Shown here: positions 48,971 through 62,719 of the stretch, one piece after another
Position numbering within the stretch: position 1 is the stretch's first letter
Layout of the letters: each line of letters opens with the position of its first letter
Assembly (NCBI GenBank): GCA_951406725.2
Contig: OX597825.1
Coordinates: forward strand, 36,580,001 to 36,644,000
Direction: 5' to 3'
DNA: 64,000 nucleotides
DNA from: Octopus vulgaris
Taxonomy: Eukaryota
Translations under genes and position numbers: made by a program
Notes under the pieces: generated by a model
Seen by the model: the letters and a program-made list of their open reading frames with translations, nothing else
Told to the model about the DNA's origin: nothing
Database searches by the model: none

Positions 48971-49654
48971 TGGATATTTAAATTTTCATTTCACAAGTAG
49001 TCCAGAACCTGAATAAAACTGTTATGGGAGGCAAAATGGCTGAGTTCTTTTCAAGTGTTGGGCCTTATGGAGGTGAGGTGGTTGAGTTCCTTTCGAGTGT
49101 TGAGCCTCACGGAGGCAATGAGCAAGACCTTTGTCATTATATCATGCTTGGGAAGAAGACGCATCAAGTCAAGCAAAATCACAGTCGTGGCAGATACCGG
49201 TGTCATGCAAATTGGCACCCACGCCAGTGGTATGTAAATGCACCCATTACACACTCAGAGTGGTTGGCATTAGGAAAGGCATCTAGCCATAGAAAACCAT
49301 GCCAAATCAGACTGGAGTCTGGTGCAGCCTTTTACCATGCCAGCCCAGTCAGACTGCCCAACCCATGCCAGTATGGACAACAGATGTTAAATGATGATGA
49401 TGATGACAATGATATATATATATAAAAAAGAGTAAAGGGTAAAGACCCCCTTTAGTCATGAATAACCATGGGATTGCACCAAGAAAGTTCCCCACCAAGA
49501 CAAGTCTGGGCAAAGTTGTTTATGGAAGACTAGCAATTGCCCATGCATACCAGCCTCTCCTCTTTACACCACCAATGTTATCCAAGGGAAAGGCAAAGGC
49601 CAATACAGCTTGGCACCAGTGACATCACAACTCATTTCTACAGATGAGTGAACT

Positions 49655-49849
49655 ACACACATACATACATACATACATACATACATACATACATACATAC
49701 ATACATACATACATACATACATACATACATACATACATACATACATACATACATACATACATACATACATACATACATACATACATACATACATACATAC
49801 ATACATACATACATACATACATACATACATACATACATACATACATACA

Positions 49850-49928
<79 letters not shown>
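49655..49928. repeat. (TACA)n(TA)n microsatellite
   Basis: Direct reading. Confidence 0.98.
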
Positions 49929-49931
<3 letters not shown>

Positions 49932-50444
49932 CCTAATGCTGTCCCTCTTTCAAATGGTATCTACACTCCATAGAATCTATGAGAAACCATGATGCAGATT
50001 TAATTACAATGTAACATAGTGACAAACACACATGATTATATAAATGTACATATGTTTGTATGTATGTGTGCATATGTGTATGCATACACATATATACACA
50101 TATACAAATACATGTACAACTTATTAAAGTTTTATGTAAAGTACCACAATTTATGAGTCAAAGTCTGTAAGAGAGAAAAGCGAAAGAGAAGAGAGAGAAA
50201 GAGAGAGAGAGAAAGAGAGAGAGAAAAGAGAGACAGAGACAGACAGACAAAGTGGGGAATGAGCATTTATCAATGTTTAAATTATATATAAACAATGTCA
50301 TTCACACCAATATTGCTGACGTGATAAAAATATCATCATCACACCTTTATGGAACAGTATTTGGATTATTTTACTGACCAAATTATCTGTGTCTGGTAAC
50401 TGTGCGATTATGTGTATATATACATGCACATATCCATCCATCCA

Positions 50445-50510
<66 letters not shown>

Positions 50511-50518
50511 CAAACATA

Positions 50519-52565
50519 CAGTAGACCCTTGCAGTACACATGCACCATTGTACAAGTAGTTTGCTGTACGAGTCGGAACTCTTGTGAATTTTTGTCTTGA
50601 AGCATGAGCGGAAATCTAGAGTGTGAGTGAGTTTCATACAGGCAACAGCTAATCAGCACTGAGCTCACACATGTTCTCCCAACAAGGGCAGTCTCCACTT
50701 GCTAACTTCATGTATTTATCTCATGGCAGCATCGCCTGTTATGTTTTCCCCAGTGTTTTTGTTTGGTTTTGTGCATTTTTTGCTATTATTTTATAATAAT
50801 TAGTTGTGTTAGCCATGAGTCCCAAGAATGTTAGTGCAAATGACAGTGCTGAGAAGAAGAAGAAGAAGAAGAAGAAGAAGAAGAAGAAGAAGAAGAAGAA
50901 GAAGAAGAAGAAGAAGAAGAAGAAGAAGCTGATTGTGATAGAATTGAAGAAGGAAATCATTGATAAACCTGAGAGAGGAGTGTGTGTAGTGGACATAGCA
51001 CGTCAATACCACTGAAGCACATCCCCGATCTGCACTGTCCTAAAGAAAAAGGATGAGATCAAGTCTATTACAACAGCAAAGTGAATCTCTAGGCTCTCTC
51101 AGCAACACACATCTGTCCACAAAAGGATGAAAAATTTGCTTTCCCTGTGGATCAGGGGATACGATTACGGAGATCATCATCTGTGAGAAAGCATGACCGC
51201 TGTATGGGGATCTCCTGAAGCAGAACCCTGAAACATCGATGGAGGAGACATCAGCAGACACATTTAAGACCAGTCGCAGCTGGTTTGATAATTTCAAGAA
51301 GAGGACAGGCGTCTATAGTGTTATCAGGTATGGAGAAGCACATGTTCAGATATGAAGGCAGCTGAAGATTTCGTGCATGAATTCTGTCAGCTCATCACAG
51401 CTGAGGGATACATCGCACAACAGGTATTCAACTGCGATGAAATTGGCCTTTTTTGGAAAAAATACCCAGAAGAACCTATATAATTGCAGAGGAAAAGAAG
51501 ATGCCAAGTCACAAACCTATGAAAGATAGGCTAACTCTTACCCTTTATGCCAATGTGAGTGGAGACTTGAAGATTAAGCCACTCCTTGTCTACCATTCTG
51601 AAAACCCATGAGCATTCAAGTTACACAAAATGCTTTCTCTGAGTGGGTCAACCTTGTCTTCGGACCAGCAGTGAAACAATCTTCCTCTCAAGGTCCTCCT
51701 CATTCTCAACTATGCTCCTGCTCACCCTCCTAGCCTCAAAGATGATATCCTGGACGAATCTAAATTTATAAAAGTTATGTCACTTTCATGCAACACCACC
51801 CCTATCTTGCAACCCATGGACCAACAGGTGATCACCAAACACCTGTTTTGTCGGTGCTTTGAAGTCACCAAAAATACATATCTAACCCTTTTATAATATT
51901 ATAAACTGCCTGAAAAATCATCGCTATGGCTTGGCAGTGTAGCAGAGAATGCTATCTCTACGAGAGACATAAAGGCAGTATTGGCAAAGTGGCAGTATGT
52001 TTCTGAAAAATATCATCCGGAAAAAGTAGCTACAGGTCGTGCAGCTGCTTTATTTAATGACACTGTTCTGGTGCATTTCCATAACATTTTGAAAGGCAGG
52101 AAAAGCAGACTTCTCTTGATATGTTTCTAATGAAGCGACCTGTAAGTGTAGAAAGTGAAGTAAGTGTATCCAAAAAGTCTATATTAAGTGAAGTGAGAAA
52201 GAAAACACCACAAATTGTTCTTCATGAAGTCTTAATGGAAGGAGATTCCCCTTCCAAAAGTAATCCACTTCTCTCCACTTTATCGTCTTTGTTATGCACA
52301 AATCATTCCACCTTTAAGGAAATTCAATTTATAAAGCCAGTTTACATATTCTTTTGCACTCTCTTTTTTATAATTATCATTTTACTTGTAACTACAACTT
52401 TTCTGTTTTAAAATCCATAAAAAATTATTTTTGGGTGATTTTGGTGGGATGGAATGGGTTAATTATATCTTAAATAATTTCAATAGGGAAAATTGATTTG
52501 AAAACAAGTAAATCGTAAAACAAGCTTGGTCATGGAACGAATTAAACTCATACTGTGAGGTATCA

Positions 52566-52568
<3 letters not shown>
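50519..52568 (+). mobile_element. pogo/Tigger (TIGD1-like) DNA transposon, degenerate
   Basis: TA-CAGT...ACTG-TA ends; IELKKEII, SWFDNFKKR, QVFNCDEIGLFWKK, KPMKDRLTL, LQPMDQQVI. Confidence 0.92.
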
Positions 52569-52635
<67 letters not shown>

Positions 52636-52639
52636 GGGT

Positions 52640-52850
52640 TTCAAGGGCCCACAGCTTTTTAATATTCTTCCAAAGAGTCAGAGGAACTTGCACAAAGTAG
52701 ATGTAGCAGTTTTTAAATCAAAGCTGGACATCTTCTTGTCAAGAGTCCCAGATGAACTTACCTAACGGCAAGAGGTGCAAATGAGAGTAGCTGTATCAAA
52801 CTCCATTCTTCACCAAGTGCCACATATTAGACGAGGTTCGTCGTAATAAC
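52640..52850 (+). mobile_element. CR1/L2-like LINE 3' end
   Basis: GPQLFNILP...FKSKLDIFLSRVPDE. Confidence 0.7.
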
Positions 52851-52912
52851 AGTGTAGCACAAAATGGCGGTGCATCAGCATGGCCGCAGCTCTGAGCTGA
52901 AACTAGAAAAGA

Positions 52913-52981
<69 letters not shown>

Positions 52982-53177
52982 GGGTCAGTGTGTGTGTGTA
53001 TTTTATGTTCACACAGGGATGTTGTGATGTTTAAAATATGACAATAACATACGGTGATTCTTTCTTCACTGCTTCTGCAAATACAGCAATGCCTTAACTA
53101 ATGAGGTCAGAATCAGATCAAAGCATGTACAAAGTTATCTCCTCTGATACTTGATAGAAAAATTAAAACAGCATTAA

Positions 53178-53575
53178 TTATTACCTCCACCAAGGAAGGA
53201 AGTTATGTTTTCATTGGTGTTGGTTTGTTCGTCTGTCCGTATGTGTGCAAAATTATTCAAAAGGTTGTGAACAGTATTTGATGAAGCTTGCAGAAAAAGT
53301 TGGTAATGACACAAGGAACAGATGATGAAATTTTGGTAGTGATCCGGAAATTTTTATGGATTCTTGAAGGATTTTTCATTTGTTATGTTTACTTTGCATG
53401 AAGTATTACGTTACATTCTTTGATTATCTCCCTTGAAAACACGTTCATTGTTTCCACGTAACCTATGGCAGTGTTGTTGTTTCCAAAGTTTATTTTCGTT
53501 TCTCTCTTAGTAATTTTATTCGCGTATCTATCTTAAAATGAGCTTGGCGGAGACCTGCGCTCTCCGAGTACTTTT
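53178..53575 (+). mobile_element. Helentron-associated (DINE-1/HINE-like) non-autonomous element
   Basis: TTATTACCTCCACCAAGG start, GTCT/GTCC microsatellite, sub-terminal inverted CTTGGCGGAG and a 3' stem-loop. Confidence 0.65.
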
Positions 53576-54289
53576 CTAGTGGACTAATATTTTTCCCTCT
53601 CTCCATGGCATAATTTGTTCTAGTTAGTTTATTTTTAAAGAGGTCCGGCATTAAATATATCAACATTAACATAACTATATTATTATTAGCTTACTATCAA
53701 TCTTTATTGTTTTATTTTTTGTCTTATATATAATATTCTTCATTCTCTTATTCCAAATGAATAACAAATACTAAGTTTTTATACAGCAGTTTATGTGCAT
53801 GACTATTACTGTGTAACTATGAAAATTATTAGTATGATTTCTTGCAGGTATCCAAAAGGAGTGTAGGGGATTCTGAAGAGAAGGAATACTTGGTGTCTGG
53901 CAGCAGCACTTTATTAGGGATGGTCAGAGGGACAGGCATCACTAGTCCTTGTCCAACTCCTAATCTCTCACTTGATGGCTCATAGCGCTACAGCTTGGTA
54001 TTCCACTTTAAATGCTGGGCTAAACCAAGTGAGCAGATGGTGGTAACACTGTACTAAAAGGTGAAAGACTCCGGGTAAGGTTTCCCAAGGAATCACCTGC
54101 TAAGGTGGAGGAACCTGTCCAGGTCAATAGCCTAGTGTTTTGGGCTGAGGGGTGTGTCTGGTAGAGGCATATGGTTGTGGTTAACAGCTTAGATGGATAT
54201 GAGCTCCTCTTAGCTAACTTGCCCATTATGTGTTCATGATGATGACAACCAGACCAGAACTCATACCAGATCGATCGGTTGTTGCCTAG

Positions 54290-54420
54290 GTTAACACCAA
54301 GAGTGGACAGGCATCAGTTTTGCTACCTCACAGAGGGCAGCAAAAGATCGAGAGAAGTGGAAAAATCTGGTTGCGACATCATCAATGAATGTCCCAATGA
54401 CTATACAGTCAGAGGATAAA
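54290..54420 (+). mobile_element. RTE-like LINE 3' end
   Basis: EWTGISFATSQRAAKDREKWKNLV followed by an (AAGG)n tail. Confidence 0.6.
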
Positions 54421-55014
54421 AAGGAAGGAAGGAAGGAAGGAGGAAATGAGGGAGAGAAGGAAGGATCCAAATGCAATGATTCTTATAAACAATGGGGGTC
54501 CAGTGGAAATTGGAAAGAGGGTAGGCAATTTGCCTTTAAAGTGATTTTACCCCTTAGCACTTGTATCTGGCCTGAATATTCTACTTGTTTTACATTCAAA
54601 TTAGCTAGATCTGGCCTCTCATATCAACCCTACAATGTCATTCTGAAATTAAAGAATTACTTCATTAAAATCTCAAAGCTATGAGATAACACAGAATAAA
54701 TTCAAAATGATGTGAATTTAAGAAGCATTACATTTGACAGAGTAATCTGAATACTAAATGGATTAACTTTCTAAAGTTATCAAAGACTGCAGCAAAGAAT
54801 GAAGAAAGACTGCAGCAAGCCTATCTCTGACCATTGGTCTGGCTTCACATTGTCATTAAGTAGTTTGTTTGAAAATTCAAAGATGATGTCATCTAAAGGA
54901 TGCCATCTCTATTTTGGTTTTCTCATTTTGTGTCTTGATATTAACATACAAAAGCAAGAAGATTGTGCTTAGTGATGAAATGAATCATCAACATCAAATG
55001 AACATATCATTATT

Positions 55015-55372
55015 ATCACCACCACCAGCACTGTGATCACCATCACCATCACCACCACCACAGCCACGACCACCACCACAGCCACGACCACCACCACAGC
55101 CACGACCACCACCACCAACACCACCACAACCACCACAACCACGACCATGACCACGACCACCACGACCACCACCACGACCACCACCACCACGACCACCACC
55201 ACCACCACCATCACCACCACCACCACCACCACCACCACAGCCACCACCACCACCACCACCAGCACGGCTACCACTACCCCACCACCTCAACCACCACTAT
55301 TGCTACTGCCTACTCAGCCACCATCACAACCACCACCACAACCACCATCGTCATCATCCTTGTCATCATCAT
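55015..55372. repeat. Degenerate (CAC/GAC)n trinucleotide tract
   Basis: Direct reading. Confidence 0.95.
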
Positions 55373-55727
55373 CTTAATGTCCACATTTCCACCTTTGCAT
55401 GGGTCAAATGGAATTTGTTGAGGTAGATTTTCTATAGCTGGATGCCCTTCCTGTTGTCAACCCTCACCTATTTCCACACAAGGCTAATTATCTCCCAGTC
55501 AATCAAACAACCGACAAACTACACATAATTGCAAGCCCATTTTGTTTACAAAGACCATGCAACATGACAAGACATGTCAAAAATCTGTGATGAGCTTTTG
55601 TGGTAATGCTGCCTGTATTAATAGCTAGACTATTGTTTTGTTCACGATTAGTAAACAAATAAAGACAAAGAGAAATACAAACTCACAGATACACACATGC
55701 ACAAAAACATGCATACATATACACACA

Positions 55728-55761
<34 letters not shown>

Positions 55762-56013
55762 TCTCTTTCTCTCTATATATATATATGTATTCTTTATTCT
55801 TTCTTTTATTCTTTTACTTGTGTCAGTCATTTGACTGCGGCCATGCTGGAGCACCGCCTTTAGTTGAATCAAATCGATCCCAGGACTTATTCTTTGTAAG
55901 CCTAGTACTTATTCTATCGGTCTCTTTTGCCAAACTGCTAAGCTACGTAAACACACCAATGTTGGGGGCAGGGGACAAATACAGATACACAACATATATG
56001 CACACATCCATAT

Positions 56014-56054
<41 letters not shown>

Positions 56055-56605
56055 TACGACGGGCTTCTTTCAGCTTCCATCTACCAAATCCACTCACAAG
56101 GCTTCGGTCGGTCTGAGGCTATAGTAGAAGACACTTGCCCAAGGTGCCATGCAGTGGGACTGAACCCAGAACCATGTGGTTGGTAAGCAAGCTACTTACC
56201 ACACAGCCACTCCTGCGCTTATATATATTTATAAGTATGTATGTATACATGTGTGTGTGTAGTGTATGTACATATACATACACACATAAAACTAAAAAGG
56301 CAGCTTGTATGTGATGAGAAAACATATATACAACATACACCTAATGTGCTTTCGAAACAACTGTAGTACTCAACGACCTTTTCCATCCCATTTATTTATA
56401 GATTTGATTATCAAATTATAAACACGCCTATGTTGCTTTGGAAATGGAGATGTATAGTACTTATCATCTTATTGGAATTTTCTCTCTAATATAGATATGG
56501 GACAGACCATATTCGATGCATTGATTAATAAATTTATTGACCAGTTATCTATGTGTATGTATGTATATATGTATGCATATAAATATAAATATATATATGT
56601 GTGTG

Positions 56606-56641
<36 letters not shown>

Positions 56642-56643
56642 CG

Positions 56644-56683
<40 letters not shown>

Positions 56684-56890
56684 TAATTCCACCGGGTAAC
56701 AAGTTCAAAATGAAGCTAAGTCTGGTTACTGAAAATAAAGTACTCAAATATAAATTTGAGAGTGAATAAAGAATATTTAATCTATAATTGTTTGTCCAAC
56801 AAAATATGTATTGTTTTGCTAATGAGCCATAGGCAAAGGAGAATATGCATTTTGTAGTACTAACAGTTATGTGTTAAATATTGAATGCAC

Positions 56891-57000
<110 letters not shown>

Positions 57001-57014
57001 GTATGTATAAAAAA

Positions 57015-57052
<38 letters not shown>

Positions 57053-57054
57053 TT

Positions 57055-58930
57055 TTACTTGTTGACTGTCCTGATCTGAATCCATTTAGATTTGGTTGCA
57101 ATTTTTTGTCTATCTTAGGTTAAATTCGGTTAAATATCATCTTGTTGACCATTTTTGCAACAATAGATGACAGACTGATCCCTATCTAATTCCCAGTATC
57201 ACTTAGGTCTCCCAGGGCTTCGGTAGCAAGCCTATCTCTGACCATTGGTCTGGCTTCACATTGTCATTAAGTAGTTTGTTTGCAACTTCAAGGATGATGT
57301 CATCTAAATCATCTTTACCATACTTCTGGTGGGATGTTGTCAGGACCAATTTGCTTTCCTTCTTTCGGGTTACTTGTAGCTCTTCCTATTTCTTGTTTTG
57401 TGAAGTCTCCATCCTCAATTTGCAAACCGTCAAGTATCTTTGCTAATTCTTCATTTTCTGCTTCACTGTCAACTTCTGAATCCTTCCCAAGTAATCTGTA
57501 GAAATGAATGTACCATTTCTTGATTCTCTTGTCCTTTGATTTCCTTTTGGATGATTCCCTCTTTGCAGCTTTGCAACTAGTGATGGAGTTAATCAACCTC
57601 CAGCTTTCTTAGTTCTTAGATTTTGCATCTACAGTTTCGACCTGGGAGATCATTTCATCCAGTTCCTCTTCTTGAATCTCTTGGTACACCTGTTTTAGAC
57701 CTTCTTTCTTTCTTTGTAAAGTTTATTTAGTATCGTTGTTGGCAGCTTTTTGATAGCTACTGAATGCTTCCTGTACTTCACTGCGTGCTTTTTCTACCCT
57801 GTGATCATCAGCTAACTTTCTCCGTTTCATCCTCTTCTTTATCAGTATCAATTTTGCTGCTGCTTCTTCATATGATTGCACAAACTTGCCATATTGCTCT
57901 GTAATAGTATCCCTGTTGTTGGATGGTTAAGCAAATCTGTTATGCACTGTAACTGTATAAAGCTGTTGAAGTTCTGTATTTCGCAATGTAGACCAATTGT
58001 ACCATTTTTTTTTTTGCAGGAGTTTTGCTTGTACATAAACTAAGATGTAGTTTGGCTGTCACTAAGCAATGGTCACCCATCTAAGCTGCTGAAGCTGTTA
58101 CATGCTTCTACATTGTGTACAGAATTCTTCCATTTCTTATTAATTACTATGTAATCAACTTGGGACTTGCTACCATTCATGTCTAAGATAAATGTTCATT
58201 GGTTTCCTTCCTTTTTCTTGAACAGAGTGCTAGTGATGCAAAGATTACATTCTGCCACATGATCCAGGAGAAGCTGGCCATTCTTGTTGGTCTCCTTGAA
58301 TGTGTAGCAGACTGCATCCTTGCCCAAATAAACATTAAAATCACTGTACTCTATGGTAACATGGTGTTTTGGTATTTCATTGATGACATTTGTCAGTGTT
58401 TCGTAGAGCTCCTCTACATCCTTGCTTCCCACTGTGGGTGCATAGTTAATAACTACTGTGGTGGATGGGTTTCCATTGAATGTGGCTGTGACTATTCTGT
58501 CATTTACTGGTATTACTTCAGCCAATGCTTTCTCTGCCAAACAGTTGATTACCTATCTTACCCCTCCCGCTGTAGCACCATCAGTACTTCGCCATGCACT
58601 AGTTATTAATGTTCAGCCTTCAAGTTGGTCAATGAGAGTAGGGTCTTCTTCATGCACCACTTTGTGTTCAACTACTCCAAGAATGTTTAGTTTACATTTG
58701 TTCAAATTGTTAGCCATCTCCAAATGTTTCTCTTTTTCACTAAGTGTTTTTACGTTGAGTGGTCTGATTTGCAAGCACTTTTCACTATTCATAAGTTTGA
58801 TTCCTCACTTCTTGCCATCAGCTACTTCTCTTCCAGTTGGATTTAAAGAAGTACCTTCATCAGTCTTTATGCGACTTGCTTGAACATCCTGAATGTCTGA
58901 GTCAGGGGCTCTAAACCTGGTGCTATTAAC
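57055..58930 (-). mobile_element. RTE-like LINE, inverted 5' part (APE endonuclease to RT start)
   Basis: [37 protein letters not shown] on the minus strand. Confidence 0.88.
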
Positions 58931-58934
58931 ATGT

Positions 58935-59725
58935 GGATCCATTGTCACACTTAGAAAACTGATAGAGGGAGTTAAGAGCCATAACAGAAAGGCTATCATT
59001 ATCTATGTAGACTTTAAAAAGGCTTTTGATTCAGTACATAGGGGAATGATGATGAAGATACTTAAAGCATATGATATTCCACCAAGAATTCTGAGAGCAA
59101 TAAGTAAGCTGCAAGAGAACACCAGAGCGAAAGTGATCACTCCTGATGGAGAGACAGAATATTTTGAAGTCAAAGCTGGAGTATTACAAGGTGACATGCT
59201 ATCACCTTATCTATTCACCATCGTTCAGGACTATGTAATGCATAGAACATATGAGGGCAAAGAAGAAGAACTGGCATTCAAACTACATAGGCAAAGAAGT
59301 AGACGGCATCAAGCAGAAACAGCGACTGACTTAGACTATACTGATGACCTGGTATTACTAACAGAGAGGACAGATCAGGCACAGGAGGTGCTGAGCAGAT
59401 TAGAGCAGGAGTCAGGGAAGGCAGGATTGTATTGTTATGCAAAAAAAACAACAGAGCTGCAAGTATGCATTCACAAAATGTCTGTGTCAGTGAAAGTGAG
59501 AGTTGATAAGTCGCTGAAGGTAGTTGAAAATTTCAAATACCTTGGTGCATGGACACACAGTATTGAAAAAGACATCATAGCAAAGAAAGCTCTTGCCTGG
59601 AGCACATGCCATAAATTGAGAAAGGTATGGAGTTTAAAGTTAGCAAGGAAATTGCAAGTGAGGTTGTTTCTGGCAATGGTGGAGTCTGTTGTTCTATGCG
59701 GGGCTGAAACATAGATGCTCACTAA
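58935..59725 (+). mobile_element. RTE-like LINE, direct 3' part (RT core)
   Basis: VDFKKAFDSV, GVLQGDMLSPYLF, YTDDL, FKYLG, ESVVLCGAET. Confidence 0.92.
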
Positions 59726-60462
59726 AGATTATATAACTGACAAGTTAACAAGAGATTATGTAGAGAGCTTCATTTGCATACAGCTGTTTATTTGTGCAAC
59801 AAAACCAGTATCTTCAGAGAACCAGAGTGACTAATTTGCATACTATAACTATTTAGCCATGACCACTGCCACCGCCACGACCACTGCCACCATCATCATC
59901 ATCAGGGTTTAATGTCTGTTTTCCATGCTATCATGTGTTGGACGGTTTGGCAAGAACTGGTAAGCTGGAGAACTGCCCAGGCTCCATGTCTATTTTGGCA
60001 TGGTTTCTGTGGCTGGATGTCCTTCCTGATGCCAACTATCTTACAGAGTGTACTGAGTGATTTTACACAGCACTGGCATGGGTGCTGTTACATGGCATTG
60101 GTACAGGTACTTCTTATGTGGTACTGGCACCCATAAGCCCACAAGATTAGGAACTCTTATTTGAAGAGAGATTCAGGGAACATACCTATATATAAGAGGA
60201 TGACCATCTATTTACTTAGCTGGCAATGTCTTCTGAAGCACAATAAAAACCACCAGAAGTCTCTCAGTCCCCTGTCAAATCCTCTGTGAGGCTCAACATC
60301 AGAAGATACTTTCTCAACACTTCGTCTCACGTCTATTTGGGTCTACCCCTTCCACACATTCCCTCTACAGTTAGAGCTCAGCACTTCTTGATGCAAAACC
60401 CTTTATTAAATATATACAGCCTGTCACCAGGGATCTCAGTCTACACAGTATCAAGGTATGTA

Positions 60463-60509
<47 letters not shown>

Positions 60510-61268
60510 ATGTGTGTGTATTTATACAGACTTAGTAAAATTTGGTAGATGAAAGCTGAGAGGCATCCCATCAAAGAAACTGTTTCTGCTTTTGGTTGGT
60601 AGACTTAACCCATTGTCCAGTTTAACACCATCATCTGGACAGTGTCTTTAGTTGAGTCTACTCTGCTGCAAACATACAGGCCAAGTCTCCTGTCTGAACA
60701 TAAATTCCTTGCTTTCACTCCCCTGTCTAGAGTCCCTAAAAAGAATAATAGATACTGCCCTTAGTTGTGGTCAATGCCAGTATCACATAAAAAGCACCCA
60801 CTACACTCTTGGAGTGGTTGGTGTTTGGAAGGGCATCCAGCTGTAGAAACCATGCCTAATCAGATTGGAACATGGCGCAGCTCCCCAACTTACCAGTTCA
60901 GTCAAACCGTCCAACCCATGCCAGCATAGAAAACGGACATTAAATGATAATGATGATGATGATGATGATGAATACAAATCACCCTCAAACCACAGTAAAC
61001 AACAACAAAAACTGTTAAAGATTGCTAACAGTAGATTTGATCTTACAAACCTAGCAGTAAACCAGTGCCCCACCCTACAGGCCACTTTGCTTCTACTACA
61101 TCAGTCTATAAAAAGTGATCAGAATCACTACTTGCAAAACACAAAACATTTATTTGATTGATATCAATAATTGATCAATGCATTTAAGTGATCACTCAGA
61201 GTAATTAAATTTACTAAAAGCTACTACACACACTTCTGAAAACATTTTTACACATGCTGCTGCTGCTG

Positions 61269-61302
<34 letters not shown>

Positions 61303-61436
61303 AATACCTTTTGAAAAGTTGTTTAAAAAATTCCATTGGGATTTTTCATTTTTTAAGTATCACACACACACACACATATATACACGCCCACACATACACA
61401 CTCACACACACACACACACAAACACACATAAACACG

Positions 61437-61487
<51 letters not shown>

Positions 61488-61849
61488 ACTACGTGTTTGG
61501 GATTTGACAATTTTTATGTCTCCTTTTTCAGGAACAGCTAGAAGTATTGGTTAAAGTCAATAGCATTGGAGAGCATAAAGTTTAAGGTTGTAGTTGACAG
61601 AAAGTTATCTGATATGAAGGACTGGGAGCCCTCTAAATATTAGAAAAGTGTTCTTGTATCATCATGATTCATGCTGGGTACCAAAATGCCAACATCATGG
61701 CTGCTGCTCAGTGCTCTGTGTACACTGTGAAACCATGGCCAGCAGGAAGGGATGCAGCTGGAATTCTTCCCCACATATCTAACAGGATTTTAGGTTCATT
61801 TCAGGTAGCAATGTGAAGCTTTTGGAGACTGTGGTAAATCCCTGGCGAG

Positions 61850-62190
61850 AAAGAGTTGTGGGAAGGCCATATGCTTGGCAGTAGGATTCAGCTCCTTGCC
61901 ATTCCTCTAGAAAGAGTCAGAAGTGGTTGTCAGAGAATCTCTATGACTTCCCCAGCCTTAATTTCTGGCTTTCTAATTCCCCTTGCTGTAATCTCATGGA
62001 TTAGTGTGGGGGATGAAGTGTGATTCAAAAAGACATAACTGCTCTGTCTGCAACACCGAGGCTGAGCTGGTGGTTCAAGGAGATGCTCAAAGATCTTCCT
62101 AGGGACACAGTGGAGTTCATGTGCCAAGTTCTGGAGCTGTCTTGAGTCCTTGATAGAAGTTGAGGATGGTTAATTTGAGTAAACTGTTAT
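61850..62190 (+). mobile_element. mariner/DD37D-like transposase remnant
   Basis: WQ*DSAPCHSSRKSQKWLSENLYDFPSLNFWLSNSP. Confidence 0.65.
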
Positions 62191-62295
62191 CTCCCAACCA
62201 TAATCTAGTTGATATTTTTTGATTTTATACTTTCATTTTGAATGGGATGTTGTGCTTTCTTTTCTTTTTATGCTGACTGTCAAATTTACCCTGAA

Positions 62296-62433
62296 CATCC
62301 ATCCATCCATCCATCCATCCATCCATCCATCCATCCATCCATCCATCCATCCATCCATCCATCCATCCATCCATCCATCCATCCATCCATCCATCCATCC
62401 ATCCATCCATCCATCCATCCATCCATCCATCCA
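62296..62433. repeat. (CATC)n microsatellite
   Basis: Direct reading. Confidence 0.98.
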
Positions 62434-62719
62434 TGCATGTCTCTGTCTGTCTGTCTCTCTCATATATATATATTTGTATGTATGTATGTATGCATGCATG
62501 TGTAGTGTTAGGATAAAAACTGCAAGTTTTATTGAATAAAGCCACCCAGGGCTTCTTGATAAAAAATTTATTTATTTCACCATTTTTCAAGCTGAGAACA
62601 AACCATTTGTCGATTACCTTTTGAGCAGACAGCGCTTAAACAAAATGCAAGAAAACAAGAAGGGAGATAATCAACGTTACAATAAATCAAATGTCAAGCA
62701 GATGTAAATTAGTGATTAA

